Virus record (IMG/VR): IMGVR_UViG_3300032167_006623
Direction: 5' to 3' (one strand)
Length of the DNA stretch: 20,000 nucleotides
Source of the DNA: an uncultured virus (IMG/VR IMGVR_UViG_3300032167_006623)
Lineage: Duplodnaviria > Heunggongvirae > Uroviricota > Caudoviricetes
Positions 6,242 to 14,893 of the stretch are shown in pieces. Made by a program: the position numbers and the translations under genes. The first letter of the stretch is position 1; each line of letters begins with the position of its first letter. The notes under the pieces were generated by a model. That model had not been told where the DNA came from. It saw only the letters and a list, made by a program, of their open reading frames with translations, and ran no database searches.

Positions 6242-6931
6242 ATGAGAATCGCTGATACTATTGATATTTTTAAAGAAACTGCAGACGCTGTGTGTGTTAC
6301 TACAAATGGAATCGTTAAGCGTGACGGTTCAGCTGTAATGGGTGCAGGTATTGCAAGATTGGCTGATGCTAAATATAAGCTTGCATCAAAGCTTGGTGCA
6401 ATGCTTAGAAAATCAGGCAATCATTGCTATGATATGGGTCTTTATGATAATAAGCATATCGTTACTTTTCCAACCAAAAAACATTGGAAAGATATGAGCA
6501 GCATTACGCTCATTAAGCAAAGCTGTCATGAACTTGTAGCTATGGCTGACAAGAACAACTGGAGTAATGTTTTGCTGCCGGCTATAGGCTGTGGTCTTGG
6601 TCAGCTTGATTTTGAGACACAGGTAAAGCCTGCAATCGAGACTATTCTTGATGACAGATTTACAATTTGTTTTCTCACCAACGCCCGCCAGTCTGATAAA
6701 GCAGGGGAGTGTGCTGATAAAAAATTCGAGCATAACGGTTATGTGATTTCCCAGTGCGGAAGCAATCATCATGTTATGATTTCCAAGGATGGAAAGATGG
6801 TATTTCATTCACAGGTTGACCACGATATGAACCGTGAAGAACTCATCAAAGTTTTTGACGGCTATATCGAGCTCACAAAACACATTGATTTTGCCAAAGA
6901 GTTTTACAGAAATGAAGGGAGAATAGATTAA
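6242..6931 (+). CDS. Macrodomain (ADP-ribose binding/hydrolase) protein with extra C-terminal domain
   Basis: TTNG..VMGAGIA, FPTKKHW, LPAIGCGLGQL motifs. Confidence 0.85.
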   Translation: MRIADTIDIFKETADAVCVTTNGIVKRDGSAVMGAGIARLADAKYKLASKLGAMLRKSGNHCYDMGLYDNKHIVTFPTKKHWKDMSSITLIKQSCHELVAMADKNNWSNVLLPAIGCGLGQLDFETQVKPAIETILDDRFTICFLTNARQSDKAGECADKKFEHNGYVISQCGSNHHVMISKDGKMVFHSQVDHDMNREELIKVFDGYIELTKHIDFAKEFYRNEGRID

Positions 6932-6932
6932 T

Positions 6933-7178
6933 ATGAACGAATGCGCTTTTTGCAAACATATGGAGTTTCTTAAGGGTCTTGAAGAGGATTTTCAGAATAA
7001 TCCGAATCGATACAATAAAGAATCCCATACTTATGCACTCAAATCAGCATTGATTCATCAGAGCTACTATGAAGGAAGACCAACAGGTAGTTCAACTATT
7101 GAATTTTCACTTAATTTCTGTCCTGAGTGCGGCAGAAAAATCGATGAAACGGAAAAGGGAAGTGCTGTAAATGCTTAA
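6933..7178 (+). CDS. Small zinc-ribbon-like protein
   Basis: CAFC ... FCPECGRK. Confidence 0.75.
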   Translation: MNECAFCKHMEFLKGLEEDFQNNPNRYNKESHTYALKSALIHQSYYEGRPTGSSTIEFSLNFCPECGRKIDETEKGSAVNA

Positions 7179-7695
7179 TACACCAAAATGCTTGAATTCA
7201 TACAATGATTTCAAGGTGAATGATACTGTATATATCTATCATTCTCTTGCAAAACCTGAGCCGTTTATGCGAGGTCGTATCACTATCATTCATGAAAATG
7301 ATGATTTTACAGTATCATTTTTCGTTGAATGGGAAACAGGCGATGGTAGTTGGGCTGTTCCTGAGCATGTTTTCAAGACAAAATATGATGTTCTTGATTA
7401 CATAGAGCGACAAAAAGACGCTGAAAAGAATAAATACAAGGTCAATATCAGGTCTTTTGATGATTTGATTGATTTTTGTATCCAGACTATCACATATACA
7501 AATGACCCTGACTATGCTGCTATTGCGGCTATAAAAGAAAAATACGAAGAACTCAAATCAGAAACATCTGAAACCATGATAACGCCTATCGGTATTCTGC
7601 CTATAAATGCAGACGGTATGAAAACAGTAGTATCTGAGTTAAATAAGCTCCGGACGAAGCTTAATAATATCAGAAAATGCTGCGATAATGATTAA
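7171..7695 (+). CDS. Hypothetical protein with TPIG.L...GM module
   Basis: Overlaps the upstream stop; C-terminal module shared with 7716 and 8334. Confidence 0.8.
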   Translation: MLNTPKCLNSYNDFKVNDTVYIYHSLAKPEPFMRGRITIIHENDDFTVSFFVEWETGDGSWAVPEHVFKTKYDVLDYIERQKDAEKNKYKVNIRSFDDLIDFCIQTITYTNDPDYAAIAAIKEKYEELKSETSETMITPIGILPINADGMKTVVSELNKLRTKLNNIRKCCDND

Positions 7696-7715
7696 TTTTG
7701 AAAGGATTTGATACT

Positions 7716-8084
7716 ATGTCAACAATAACAATGGAACATTCCAAGTATTCCGTAAACATTACCAATGAAACCACTATGGAATATCGCATCACACGAGGTG
7801 ATGAAGATGTAACAAAGGCTCTTGACAGCAATTTTGCAAGAGATATGATTTATGAAATTGCAAAGCTCAGAGAAGAAAATGAGCGTCTCAGAACTGCTGT
7901 CAATGCTGAAATTACAAATCCTGCAATTATGACAAGTCCGATAGGGGATTTGACTATTGATTCAGCAGGTATGCGTAAAGCCATCGATACAATCGACGCT
8001 CTTCAGAAAAAACTCAAGCAGGTTGAATCAGCGGCAGGTTATCTTCAGTATGTGCTGAATGATAACAAAGCAGATAACACTTGA
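7716..8084 (+). CDS. Hypothetical coiled-coil protein (paralog of 8334-8705)
   Basis: YRIT....DVT ... MTSPIGDLTIDSAGMRKAID. Confidence 0.8.
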   Translation: MSTITMEHSKYSVNITNETTMEYRITRGDEDVTKALDSNFARDMIYEIAKLREENERLRTAVNAEITNPAIMTSPIGDLTIDSAGMRKAIDTIDALQKKLKQVESAAGYLQYVLNDNKADNT

Positions 8085-8101
8085 TAACGAAAGGAGTCCA
8101 T

Positions 8102-8302
8102 ATGAGATTCACAAATTTGTTCATCGGATATAACGAAATCGAAGACTTCCGTATTCTCATCTGTGCATTTGACACAGAAGAAGCAAGCGAACTTGCTGAA
8201 GAATACCGTGTTGATTCAAATATGGACGGACATTTCGATATATCCGAACCGACAATGTCTATTGACAACACGCATTTTGACTGTGATTACGTTATTTCGT
8301 AA
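8102..8302 (+). CDS. Small acidic hypothetical protein
   Basis: AAAGGAG RBS; D/E-rich. Confidence 0.75.
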   Translation: MRFTNLFIGYNEIEDFRILICAFDTEEASELAEEYRVDSNMDGHFDISEPTMSIDNTHFDCDYVIS

Positions 8303-8333
8303 GCATTGAAAAAAGCAGAAAAGGAGAATATCT

Positions 8334-8705
8334 ATGAGCATATCCAATGAAATTGAGCATGGTTATACGGTTGAATTAAAAACCGACCGTATAATTCCTC
8401 AGAACCCGTCATATCGCATTACACAGAACGATGTTGATGTTACAGCACGCTTTGAAAATTCTTTTACAGAGGCTATTATTAATGCATATTTTAATGAAAA
8501 ACACGCTAATAGCATCTTGGAGAACAAGAATAAAAGGCTCACTGAAACAATTGAGACCTATTCTTCCAAAGCAGCTGTCATGACGAGTCCAATCGGCGAT
8601 TTGACCGTTGATTCAGCAGGTATGAGAAAAGCAATTGATGAAATCGCTCATCTCAGAAGCGTAATCGCTGATATCAAAACCATTTGTAATATGAATTTAC
8701 AGTAA
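8334..8705 (+). CDS. Hypothetical coiled-coil protein (paralog of 7716-8084)
   Basis: YRITQNDVDVT ... MTSPIGDLTVDSAGMRKAID. Confidence 0.8.
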   Translation: MSISNEIEHGYTVELKTDRIIPQNPSYRITQNDVDVTARFENSFTEAIINAYFNEKHANSILENKNKRLTETIETYSSKAAVMTSPIGDLTVDSAGMRKAIDEIAHLRSVIADIKTICNMNLQ

Positions 8706-8721
8706 AATACGAGGTGATATC

Positions 8722-8901
8722 ATGAATAAAATAGTAAGAAACGATGTAACAAGACTTGATAATACTTGTATTCATCGCCAGAATGGTTGCTGCATCAAAT
8801 GTGGTGAAAGCTGCCCCGGAATAGTAAAATACAGTGAAAATAACGATAATAACCTGCCTTGTGATATGGTTGGTTATGAACCCACTGATGAATCGCTGTA
8901 A
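8722..8901 (+). CDS. Small Cys-rich protein (59 aa; not in ORF track)
   Basis: GAGGTG RBS; MNKIVRNDVTRLDNTCIHRQNGCCIKCGESCPG... Confidence 0.65.
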   Translation: MNKIVRNDVTRLDNTCIHRQNGCCIKCGESCPGIVKYSENNDNNLPCDMVGYEPTDESL

Positions 8902-8919
8902 ACAGAAAGGACAAACATC

Positions 8920-9114
8920 ATGACCAAAGTAAAATTCTTTTGGAATAATTCACAAGAAGCTCTTGAAGCTGATGTCAATAAATTTATTGAACAGCTTGAG
9001 ATTAAGCATTTTGCCGTGAATGTTGTGAGCATTTCTTATTCTACAAGCAAAACTGTTTCGAATTATCAGATTGACCACCATTGTTGTTTATGCTATCGTT
9101 GTGAAAATATGTAA
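8920..9114 (+). CDS. Small protein, Cse60/DUF2758-like
   Basis: KVKFF....EALEADVNKFI...VVSISYS pattern. Confidence 0.55.
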   Translation: MTKVKFFWNNSQEALEADVNKFIEQLEIKHFAVNVVSISYSTSKTVSNYQIDHHCCLCYRCENM

Positions 9115-9142
9115 TTGCTTTGCAATCGGTTTGTCTCTAAAA
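9114..9142 (+). promoter_or_regulatory. Hairpin element (short stem)
   Basis: ATTGC ttt GCAAT CGG TTTGTCT CTAAAA. Confidence 0.55.
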
Positions 9143-9163
9143 TCATGAAAAGGAGAATATGGT

Positions 9164-9634
9164 ATGTCAAAAGTATTTATTTCGGGAACAGCAGGTTTTG
9201 GAACAGGGAATAAACTCACATCACTTCCTCAGCCTGTTATGGATATGCTTATGAAGTTAATCCATGATGGTGATGAAATCCTTGTGGGTGATTGTCAGGG
9301 TGTTGATACTCTTGTTCAGGAAGTCCTTAAGCGAGCTAAATATCCTAATGTAACAGTATATTGCTCAGGTTCTACTTGTCGCAATGTTCTTAATTCAAGT
9401 TGGCCTGTAAAGCATATTCAGGTTCCAAGAGGATACACAGGTAGAGCGTTTTATGCTGTTAAAGATAACGCAATGGCTATAGCTGCTGATTCGGGCATTG
9501 CTATTTGGGACGGCAAGTCTGTTGGTACAGGTAATAACATCAAAAACCTCACTTTCAGAGGCAAAACTGTTACTGTATTCCGTACGGACTTGAATAAAAT
9601 CGAATGTCATCAGCCTAAAACGCTTGGTGAATAA
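9164..9634 (+). CDS. SLOG-superfamily (YspA/DprA-like) nucleotide-binding protein
   Basis: VFISG, VGDCQGVD, KDNAMA..AD, WDGKSVGT motifs. Confidence 0.75.
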   Translation: MSKVFISGTAGFGTGNKLTSLPQPVMDMLMKLIHDGDEILVGDCQGVDTLVQEVLKRAKYPNVTVYCSGSTCRNVLNSSWPVKHIQVPRGYTGRAFYAVKDNAMAIAADSGIAIWDGKSVGTGNNIKNLTFRGKTVTVFRTDLNKIECHQPKTLGE

Positions 9635-9686
9635 ACAAAAGCCAGCCTTTACGGCTGGCACTTTTTTATAGAAAGGACGATGAAAT

Positions 9687-10349
9687 ATGCATAGAAGCAA
9701 ATATTATGCCGTTAAAAACGGCAGAAAACCCGGTGTATATACAACATGGGCTGATTGTCAGAAGCAGGTTAATGGCTATCCTAATGCTATTTTCAAGAGC
9801 TTTCATACAGACTGGGAAGCCGAAGCTTATATCAATAGCAAACCGTCTGTTGAACAGGAAAACAAACAGTTCATTTATGACAGCCTTGCTGAATATACTT
9901 CTGAAATGTTCATTAAGGTTTCAGCAGAAATGTCTGATACAGCTTTTTGCTTTGTAGACGGCAGTAATATAAAGAGTGAAGCCTATTCTTACGGTCTTAT
10001 CATGTTCTTCAACGGCGAGATGATTACACGTAAAGGTGTCGGCTCTAATAAAGCACATGGACAGTTCAACAATGTAGCAGGAGAATTGCTTGGTGCAATT
10101 CATGCTGTTCACTTGGCTGAAGAGAAGGGTGCCAAAGCTCTTGTTATCTATCATGACTATGAAGGCATCAGAGCATGGGCTAACAAAGATTGGACTGCTA
10201 AGATTGAAATGGCAGTCAATTATGCCGATTTGGTTCGTGACAAGCGAGATATTATGACCATTGACTTTGTCAAAGTTGCGGGTCATACAGGTGTTCCTGT
10301 GAATGAAATGGTTGATAAGCTTGCTAAATCAGCTCTTAATATAAAATGA
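9687..10349 (+). CDS. rnhA: Ribonuclease HI with N-terminal hybrid-binding (viroplasmin-like) domain
   Basis: YYAVKNGRKPGVYTTWADC..QV.GY; catalytic VDGS, NVAGEL, HDYEGI, KVAGHTG..NE.VD.LAK. Confidence 0.9.
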   Translation: MHRSKYYAVKNGRKPGVYTTWADCQKQVNGYPNAIFKSFHTDWEAEAYINSKPSVEQENKQFIYDSLAEYTSEMFIKVSAEMSDTAFCFVDGSNIKSEAYSYGLIMFFNGEMITRKGVGSNKAHGQFNNVAGELLGAIHAVHLAEEKGAKALVIYHDYEGIRAWANKDWTAKIEMAVNYADLVRDKRDIMTIDFVKVAGHTGVPVNEMVDKLAKSALNIK

Positions 10350-10404
10350 TTCAGCCAATTCTATAATAATTTCTGCTTTATCATCTTTATTATCATCTCT
10401 TTTA

Positions 10405-10437
10405 ACATAACTCCGTTATGTCGGACTTGTAATAAAA
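10405..10437 (+). promoter_or_regulatory. Hairpin-CGG-N7-ATAAAA element
   Basis: ACATAAC tcc GTTATGT CGG ACTTGTA ATAAAA. Confidence 0.75.
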
Positions 10438-10459
10438 ATTTTATAAGGAGAGATTTGTA

Positions 10460-10885
10460 ATGGCAAGCTTCAGAGGAGAAAAATACTTTTTAAGCAATAT
10501 GTACCCATGTCCTGTGACTATTAAGATTAAAGGTGAGCTTATTACCTTTAAAAGCTCTGAGTCCGTATTTCAGGCACTTCGCAGCCCTGACCGTCTCAGA
10601 GAATTTATTCCGCTCAATGGCTTTGAAGCGAAAAAACACGCTAAAAGCTGTACACGTCGTGCTGATTGGTTTGATGTGAGCCTTGATGTAATGATGTATG
10701 CACTCAGATGCAAATTTACCCAAAATCCTGACCTTGCGGCAAAGCTCATAGCCATTGATGATGACATTGTGGAAATCAATGAATGGCATGATACTTTTTG
10801 GGGCGTTTGTAATGGAGTAGGGGAGAACCATTTGGGCAAATTGCTTATGCAGCTCAGAGACGAGCTTCGAGCAGCGGCTCATTAA
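10460..10885 (+). CDS. NADAR (YbiA-like) family protein
   Basis: FLSNMY, SSESVFQA, KFTQNPDL, E.N.WHDTFWG, GENHLGKLLM.LR. Confidence 0.9.
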   Translation: MASFRGEKYFLSNMYPCPVTIKIKGELITFKSSESVFQALRSPDRLREFIPLNGFEAKKHAKSCTRRADWFDVSLDVMMYALRCKFTQNPDLAAKLIAIDDDIVEINEWHDTFWGVCNGVGENHLGKLLMQLRDELRAAAH

Positions 10886-10941
10886 GCTATAATCACGGCT
10901 ATCTTAGCCGTGATTCATTTTAATATGAAAGGATATTGACT

Positions 10942-11391
10942 ATGAAATTTGAACACACTATTGAAGCTTTGAGACTTTGTTCTCAGAATTATGACAACTG
11001 TAAAGATTGTCCATATGAAAACATCGAACGCTGCACTGAGCACCTGCATTTCAATGCTCTCATTGAAATCAAGCACGTATCTGCGAAAATCAAAGAATCA
11101 AACCCTGATTTCTTTGAGAATTTATCGCAGGAAACAGCTCAGCTTTACAACCGAGTTAATCGCAGCTTGGATGCTTGTCAGACATTGAGACATTGTGGAC
11201 GCTGTGATTATTCAAACGGCTGCAGCAATTATTCATCTCATAATGGTGAACGTGCATTACGAGCTGATACACTGACAATACTTACGGAATTACATTCCAC
11301 ATATGATGAACTATGTGATGAAAAAGAAGTTTTGAATGTTATTGAATTCAAACATCAATATACGAAGATGCGGAGGTATAAAAATGTTTGA
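10942..11391 (+). CDS. Cys-rich hypothetical protein
   Basis: Two C..C.Y clusters; AAAGGA RBS. Confidence 0.75.
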   Translation: MKFEHTIEALRLCSQNYDNCKDCPYENIERCTEHLHFNALIEIKHVSAKIKESNPDFFENLSQETAQLYNRVNRSLDACQTLRHCGRCDYSNGCSNYSSHNGERALRADTLTILTELHSTYDELCDEKEVLNVIEFKHQYTKMRRYKNV

Positions 11392-11587
11392 AAATATCAA
11401 AAAATTCATTGAAGAAACCGAAACAATCAAAAATAAGATAGAACAGACATCAGAACAGCTCACAGACGAAGAAACAGATTGTTTCGAATATATGCATTTT
11501 CATATCGCAAAAGCACTCATACGTGATTTGGGCAAAAAGGATTCGTCTAAAATCGCAAAAATAATTCTTACCTTGATGGAAGAATAA
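11384..11587 (+). CDS. Hypothetical protein
   Basis: GGAGG RBS; overlaps the upstream stop. Confidence 0.7.
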   Translation: MFENIKKFIEETETIKNKIEQTSEQLTDEETDCFEYMHFHIAKALIRDLGKKDSSKIAKIILTLMEE

Positions 11588-11607
11588 AAATTTTCACTTC
11601 ATGGCAA

Positions 11608-11674
11608 GCAGTTGCTTGTAACTGCCAGAATTTCAATAAAATAGTCAGCTGTAAAGACGTTAAAAACAGAGAAA
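11608..11674 (+). promoter_or_regulatory. Hairpin element plus GTCAGCTG leader
   Basis: GCAGTTG cttg TAACTGC CAG AATTTCA ATAAAA; leader at 11644. Confidence 0.7.
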
Positions 11675-11687
11675 AGAGGAATCCATC

Positions 11688-11918
11688 ATGGCTTATGTAT
11701 CTGAAGAACAGTATAACTACATTCGCAACAATCGTGACATCATTGACGGTTGTCTTAATCGCATTGCTGTTACCGATGAACCCGCTGAAATTGAACAGCA
11801 GCTTGAAACCCTCAAGCATTACATCGAACAGTATGCCGAGCGCAATCGTGAACGAATTCGAGGTGAATTCAAGCCTGAACCCATTCGTTCAATCTCTGAT
11901 GACGGTCTTGATTTTTAA
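11688..11918 (+). CDS. Small protein ending SDDGLDF
   Basis: GAGGA RBS; terminator at about 11923-11950. Confidence 0.8.
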   Translation: MAYVSEEQYNYIRNNRDIIDGCLNRIAVTDEPAEIEQQLETLKHYIEQYAERNRERIRGEFKPEPIRSISDDGLDF

Positions 11919-11951
11919 GAACAACCCTGCTGTAATACAGCAGGGTTTTTA

Positions 11952-12130
11952 ATATCACTCACGTGATATCGGATTTATATTAAAAAATAACGTTGAAAAC
12001 AATCATGAATGATTGTCGGAAATGTTATAAACAATAATTTTTCCGAAAAATAATGACTGAAAACAGTCATCGGGAAAGTTATAAAAGAACCACGAAAAAC
12101 AGTTTCACAACTGTCGGAATGGTAATAAAA
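11952..12130 (+). promoter_or_regulatory. Four tandem hairpin elements
   Basis: Copies at 11952, 11999, 12053 and 12099, each with a different stem but the same CGG-N7-WTAAA. Confidence 0.8.
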
Positions 12131-12177
12131 AATCAGAGGTAACAATGCCTCACAACTTTGAAAGGAAGTATAATTTT

Positions 12178-12474
12178 ATGAAAACTTTTATCGTATCTAC
12201 AAAGATGATTATTGCCAAGAACATTGCATGTAAAGCTCTCAAGGCTGCTGACAACAATGACGTTACACACGGTCTTTACAAGAAGGCGTGTATGGACGGC
12301 GGCAAGATTGTAATCACAAACATTGCAGAAATGCAGGCATGGCAGACAGCTATCAGCGCTTACAAGGCAGCTAACACTACTGAAGGCAAGGTTCTCAGAG
12401 TGCTTAAGAGAAATGCTACACTTGGTCTTAAGAGCCGTCTTGACGCAGCTACAACTCCTGCTACAGCTGCATAA
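12178..12474 (+). CDS. Hypothetical protein (paralog of 13302-13604)
   Basis: IAK....KALK...N....L.KKA...G pattern; AAAGGA RBS. Confidence 0.8.
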   Translation: MKTFIVSTKMIIAKNIACKALKAADNNDVTHGLYKKACMDGGKIVITNIAEMQAWQTAISAYKAANTTEGKVLRVLKRNATLGLKSRLDAATTPATAA

Positions 12475-12478
12475 CAAC

Positions 12479-12516
12479 AAATCAACCAACCGTTTAACGG
12501 TTGGTTGATTTTTTTT
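12479..12516 (+). terminator. Intrinsic terminator
   Basis: AAATCAACCAACCG ttta/a CGGTTGGTTGATTT followed by a T tract. Confidence 0.85.
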
Positions 12517-12706
12517 CTTTGTTTGACAGCAGTCTACTGCAAATCTCCGCTTGCAGACAAGCTTTGATAATTGACCTGATGAATCAGGTCATTGCTTAAC
12601 AAAACTCACGAGGGTGAGTATTGTTAAGCAACACAGCTATCATTATGTATTCATGACATTAGGATAATATTTTGATTAACGCTTTGCGATTATTTTCTCC
12701 AAAAAA

Positions 12707-12769
12707 ACAGACTCCGTCTGTCTGATTTTCAATAAAATAGTCAGCTGTAAAGACGTTAAAACAGAGAAA
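12707..12769 (+). promoter_or_regulatory. Hairpin element plus GTCAGCTG leader
   Basis: ACAGAC tcc GTCTGT CTG ATTTTCA ATAAAA; leader at 12740. Confidence 0.7.
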
Positions 12770-12782
12770 CGGAGAGAATACT

Positions 12783-13154
12783 ATGAGAAATTTTGAAAAT
12801 ATGGAAGCAATTGCAACAGAAATCGAAGCAATTATTTCAAGAGAAGGGGAGTATCAGAATGAAAATATTGATACCAATGCACCTCTTTTCTTACAGATTG
12901 CAAGAAATACACAGGACAAAAAGGCTGTGATTGAACACATAACAGCTGCATTGACTAACGATAAGCATGAAATTGATGAAATCTATCATTATCTTGAATA
13001 TAGTGAAGATGAAATAGCATCTGATTACGAGTTTGAAAAGCATACAAACAACAATGTATCAGATGAAACAGCTAATCGTTTTGCAGCAATAGAACGCATA
13101 ATCACAGCTGTTGAGGATTGTGGTAAGAAGCTTCTTGCCACAATTTCTGAATAA
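12783..13154 (+). CDS. Acidic hypothetical protein
   Basis: GGAG RBS; hairpin terminator follows. Confidence 0.8.
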   Translation: MRNFENMEAIATEIEAIISREGEYQNENIDTNAPLFLQIARNTQDKKAVIEHITAALTNDKHEIDEIYHYLEYSEDEIASDYEFEKHTNNNVSDETANRFAAIERIITAVEDCGKKLLATISE

Positions 13155-13216
13155 AACAATCAAAAAAAACTAATCAGAAGCTCACGCTTCTGATTAGTTT
13201 TCCATAGTCTCTGACA

Positions 13217-13289
13217 GCAAGCGTGACCGCTTGCCGGATTTGCAATAAAAAGAATAATTGTCAGCTGTAAAGACGTTAAAACAGAGAAA
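13217..13289 (+). promoter_or_regulatory. Hairpin element plus GTCAGCTG leader
   Basis: Near-identical to 2665-2734. Confidence 0.75.
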
Positions 13290-13301
13290 AGAGGAAATGT
13301 T

Positions 13302-13604
13302 ATGTTTGTTATTTTTGTAAAAAATTTCATCGCAAAATGCGTAGTTTTCAATGCACTTAAGTCATACATTGACAATGAAACAGCTGTTGCTCTTCGCAAG
13401 AAAGCCCGTGAACAGTGTGATTCAGGCGAATTTGTACTTGACACATTTGTTGAAGTAGAAGAATGGAATAAGATTCTGCTTGCTTATAACCCTAAGACTA
13501 AGGCAGAACAGACCGTTCGTGAAGCAATGCTCAGAAGTGTCACAAACGAAATCGAAGATGTCAAGTGTATAGAGCTTGACTGGCGTTATGCTTGTATGGA
13601 TTAA
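13302..13604 (+). CDS. Hypothetical protein (paralog of 12178-12474)
   Basis: GAGGA RBS; alignable with its paralog. Confidence 0.8.
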   Translation: MFVIFVKNFIAKCVVFNALKSYIDNETAVALRKKAREQCDSGEFVLDTFVEVEEWNKILLAYNPKTKAEQTVREAMLRSVTNEIEDVKCIELDWRYACMD

Positions 13605-13618
13605 GAAAGGATGGGACT

Positions 13619-14014
13619 ATGAAAAATTTTACTACAACGGCTAAAATGAGCTATGATGAACTCAAAGGGGTGTTCCCTATGGAAGAAAGCTTCACTGTCA
13701 ACAATATTGATATTGAATATCTTGGCATCACCTTTGACGGTGAAATGGCTTATGAATTTGATGGTCTTATTGTTGACAGAGACCGCCTTTTGGAGCTGAT
13801 TTATGCAATGTGTCTTGCTGATGACATCATGCTTGATAAAGGCGTTCTGCTCACAGAAGCCACTGAAACTGATGATTTCAGCTTTATTGAAGAACTTCAG
13901 AAGCTTGTTTCAAAGCTTGAAACATTTGAATTCTGTCAGCCAAGAACAGAAGCTCTGGATGAAATTATCAGACTTGCCAGAAAATATGACAGAATACCAT
14001 CTGTCGAATTGTAA
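13619..14014 (+). CDS. Acidic hypothetical protein
   Basis: AAAGGA RBS; terminator at about 14021-14055. Confidence 0.8.
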   Translation: MKNFTTTAKMSYDELKGVFPMEESFTVNNIDIEYLGITFDGEMAYEFDGLIVDRDRLLELIYAMCLADDIMLDKGVLLTEATETDDFSFIEELQKLVSKLETFEFCQPRTEALDEIIRLARKYDRIPSVEL

Positions 14015-14072
14015 CAAATAAAAATCAGAAGCGAAAAAGGCTTCTGATTTTTTATTTTAAGCCTTACGGCAA

Positions 14073-14145
14073 GCAGTTGTGAACAACTGCCGGGATTTCA
14101 ATAAAAAGAACAATTGTCAGCTGCAAAGACGTTAAAACAGAGAAA
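14073..14145 (+). promoter_or_regulatory. Hairpin element plus GTCAGCTG leader
   Basis: GCAGTTG tgaa CAACTGC CGG GATTTCA ATAAAA; leader at 14116. Confidence 0.75.
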
Positions 14146-14156
14146 TGAGGAAATGT

Positions 14157-14567
14157 ATGTATACTTTTAAAATTGAAAATATGACCAAGGATGCAATTCT
14201 TGAAGCAATGATTGCTGCTTATAACGAACACAAGGGTCGTTTTGCAATCAAGCTTTCCGAAGAAGAAACAGCTTTCGTCAGAGCTTTTGAATACAAGCCT
14301 GACCACAAAGACTGTGAATGGTTCTTTGTAGACGGTACTGAGTATCCATGGGTAAGCGATGATAGTCTTGAAAAGCTTGCTGGTTACTTTGCAAACTATA
14401 GCAAAGAAAAGGCAGAGCTTGCTGAAGAAAAGGCTAAGCTCAGAGCTTATGCAGAGGAACTTAAGGCAATTACTGATAAAAATTCCGAAGAATACCGTGA
14501 AAAATTCGGATATTACAGTGATTGGCATAAGGACCTGTACGGCAGACGTCCCAGAAACATCATATGA
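14157..14567 (+). CDS. Hypothetical protein with C-terminal YSDWHKDLYGRRPR motif
   Basis: GAGGA RBS; terminator at about 14574-14611. Confidence 0.8.
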   Translation: MYTFKIENMTKDAILEAMIAAYNEHKGRFAIKLSEEETAFVRAFEYKPDHKDCEWFFVDGTEYPWVSDDSLEKLAGYFANYSKEKAELAEEKAKLRAYAEELKAITDKNSEEYREKFGYYSDWHKDLYGRRPRNII

Positions 14568-14664
14568 TAAAATAGCCTGTCAGTTTGATAACTGACAGGT
14601 TTTATTTTTTTCTTGAATGTCAAACTTCGATGCCTTTTTAGTATGCCTGTCTTGATGTCAAAAG

Positions 14665-14874
14665 AAACACCTGACGGTGTTTCGGATTTATTATAAAGAG
14701 TTACGATAAAACAAACAAAAATGTTTGTCGGTTGTAATTCAAAAGATACGATAAAACAAACAGGAATGTTTGTCGGTTGTGTCTTAAAGAAATGCCGATG
14801 TTGCGAACGGGGTCTGCTTGACAGATGTCCAGCTCATAATGCAATCAAGAATGATTGCCGGTGTTTTAAGAAAG
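14665..14874 (+). promoter_or_regulatory. Four hairpin elements upstream of the ssb leader
   Basis: Copies at 14665 (same as 3572), 14711, 14756 and 14841. Confidence 0.75.
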
Positions 14875-14893
14875 GAAATGTAATAAGTGAGAA

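Noticed and set aside
11952..12130. Hairpin stacks or repeat arrays as a CRISPR array
   Set aside because: There are no identical direct repeats with unique spacers (the stems differ in sequence) and no cas genes.
12573..12620. Hammerhead ribozyme suggested by CTGATGA
   Set aside because: There is no stem II followed by GAAA, and the motif sits inside a simple hairpin.
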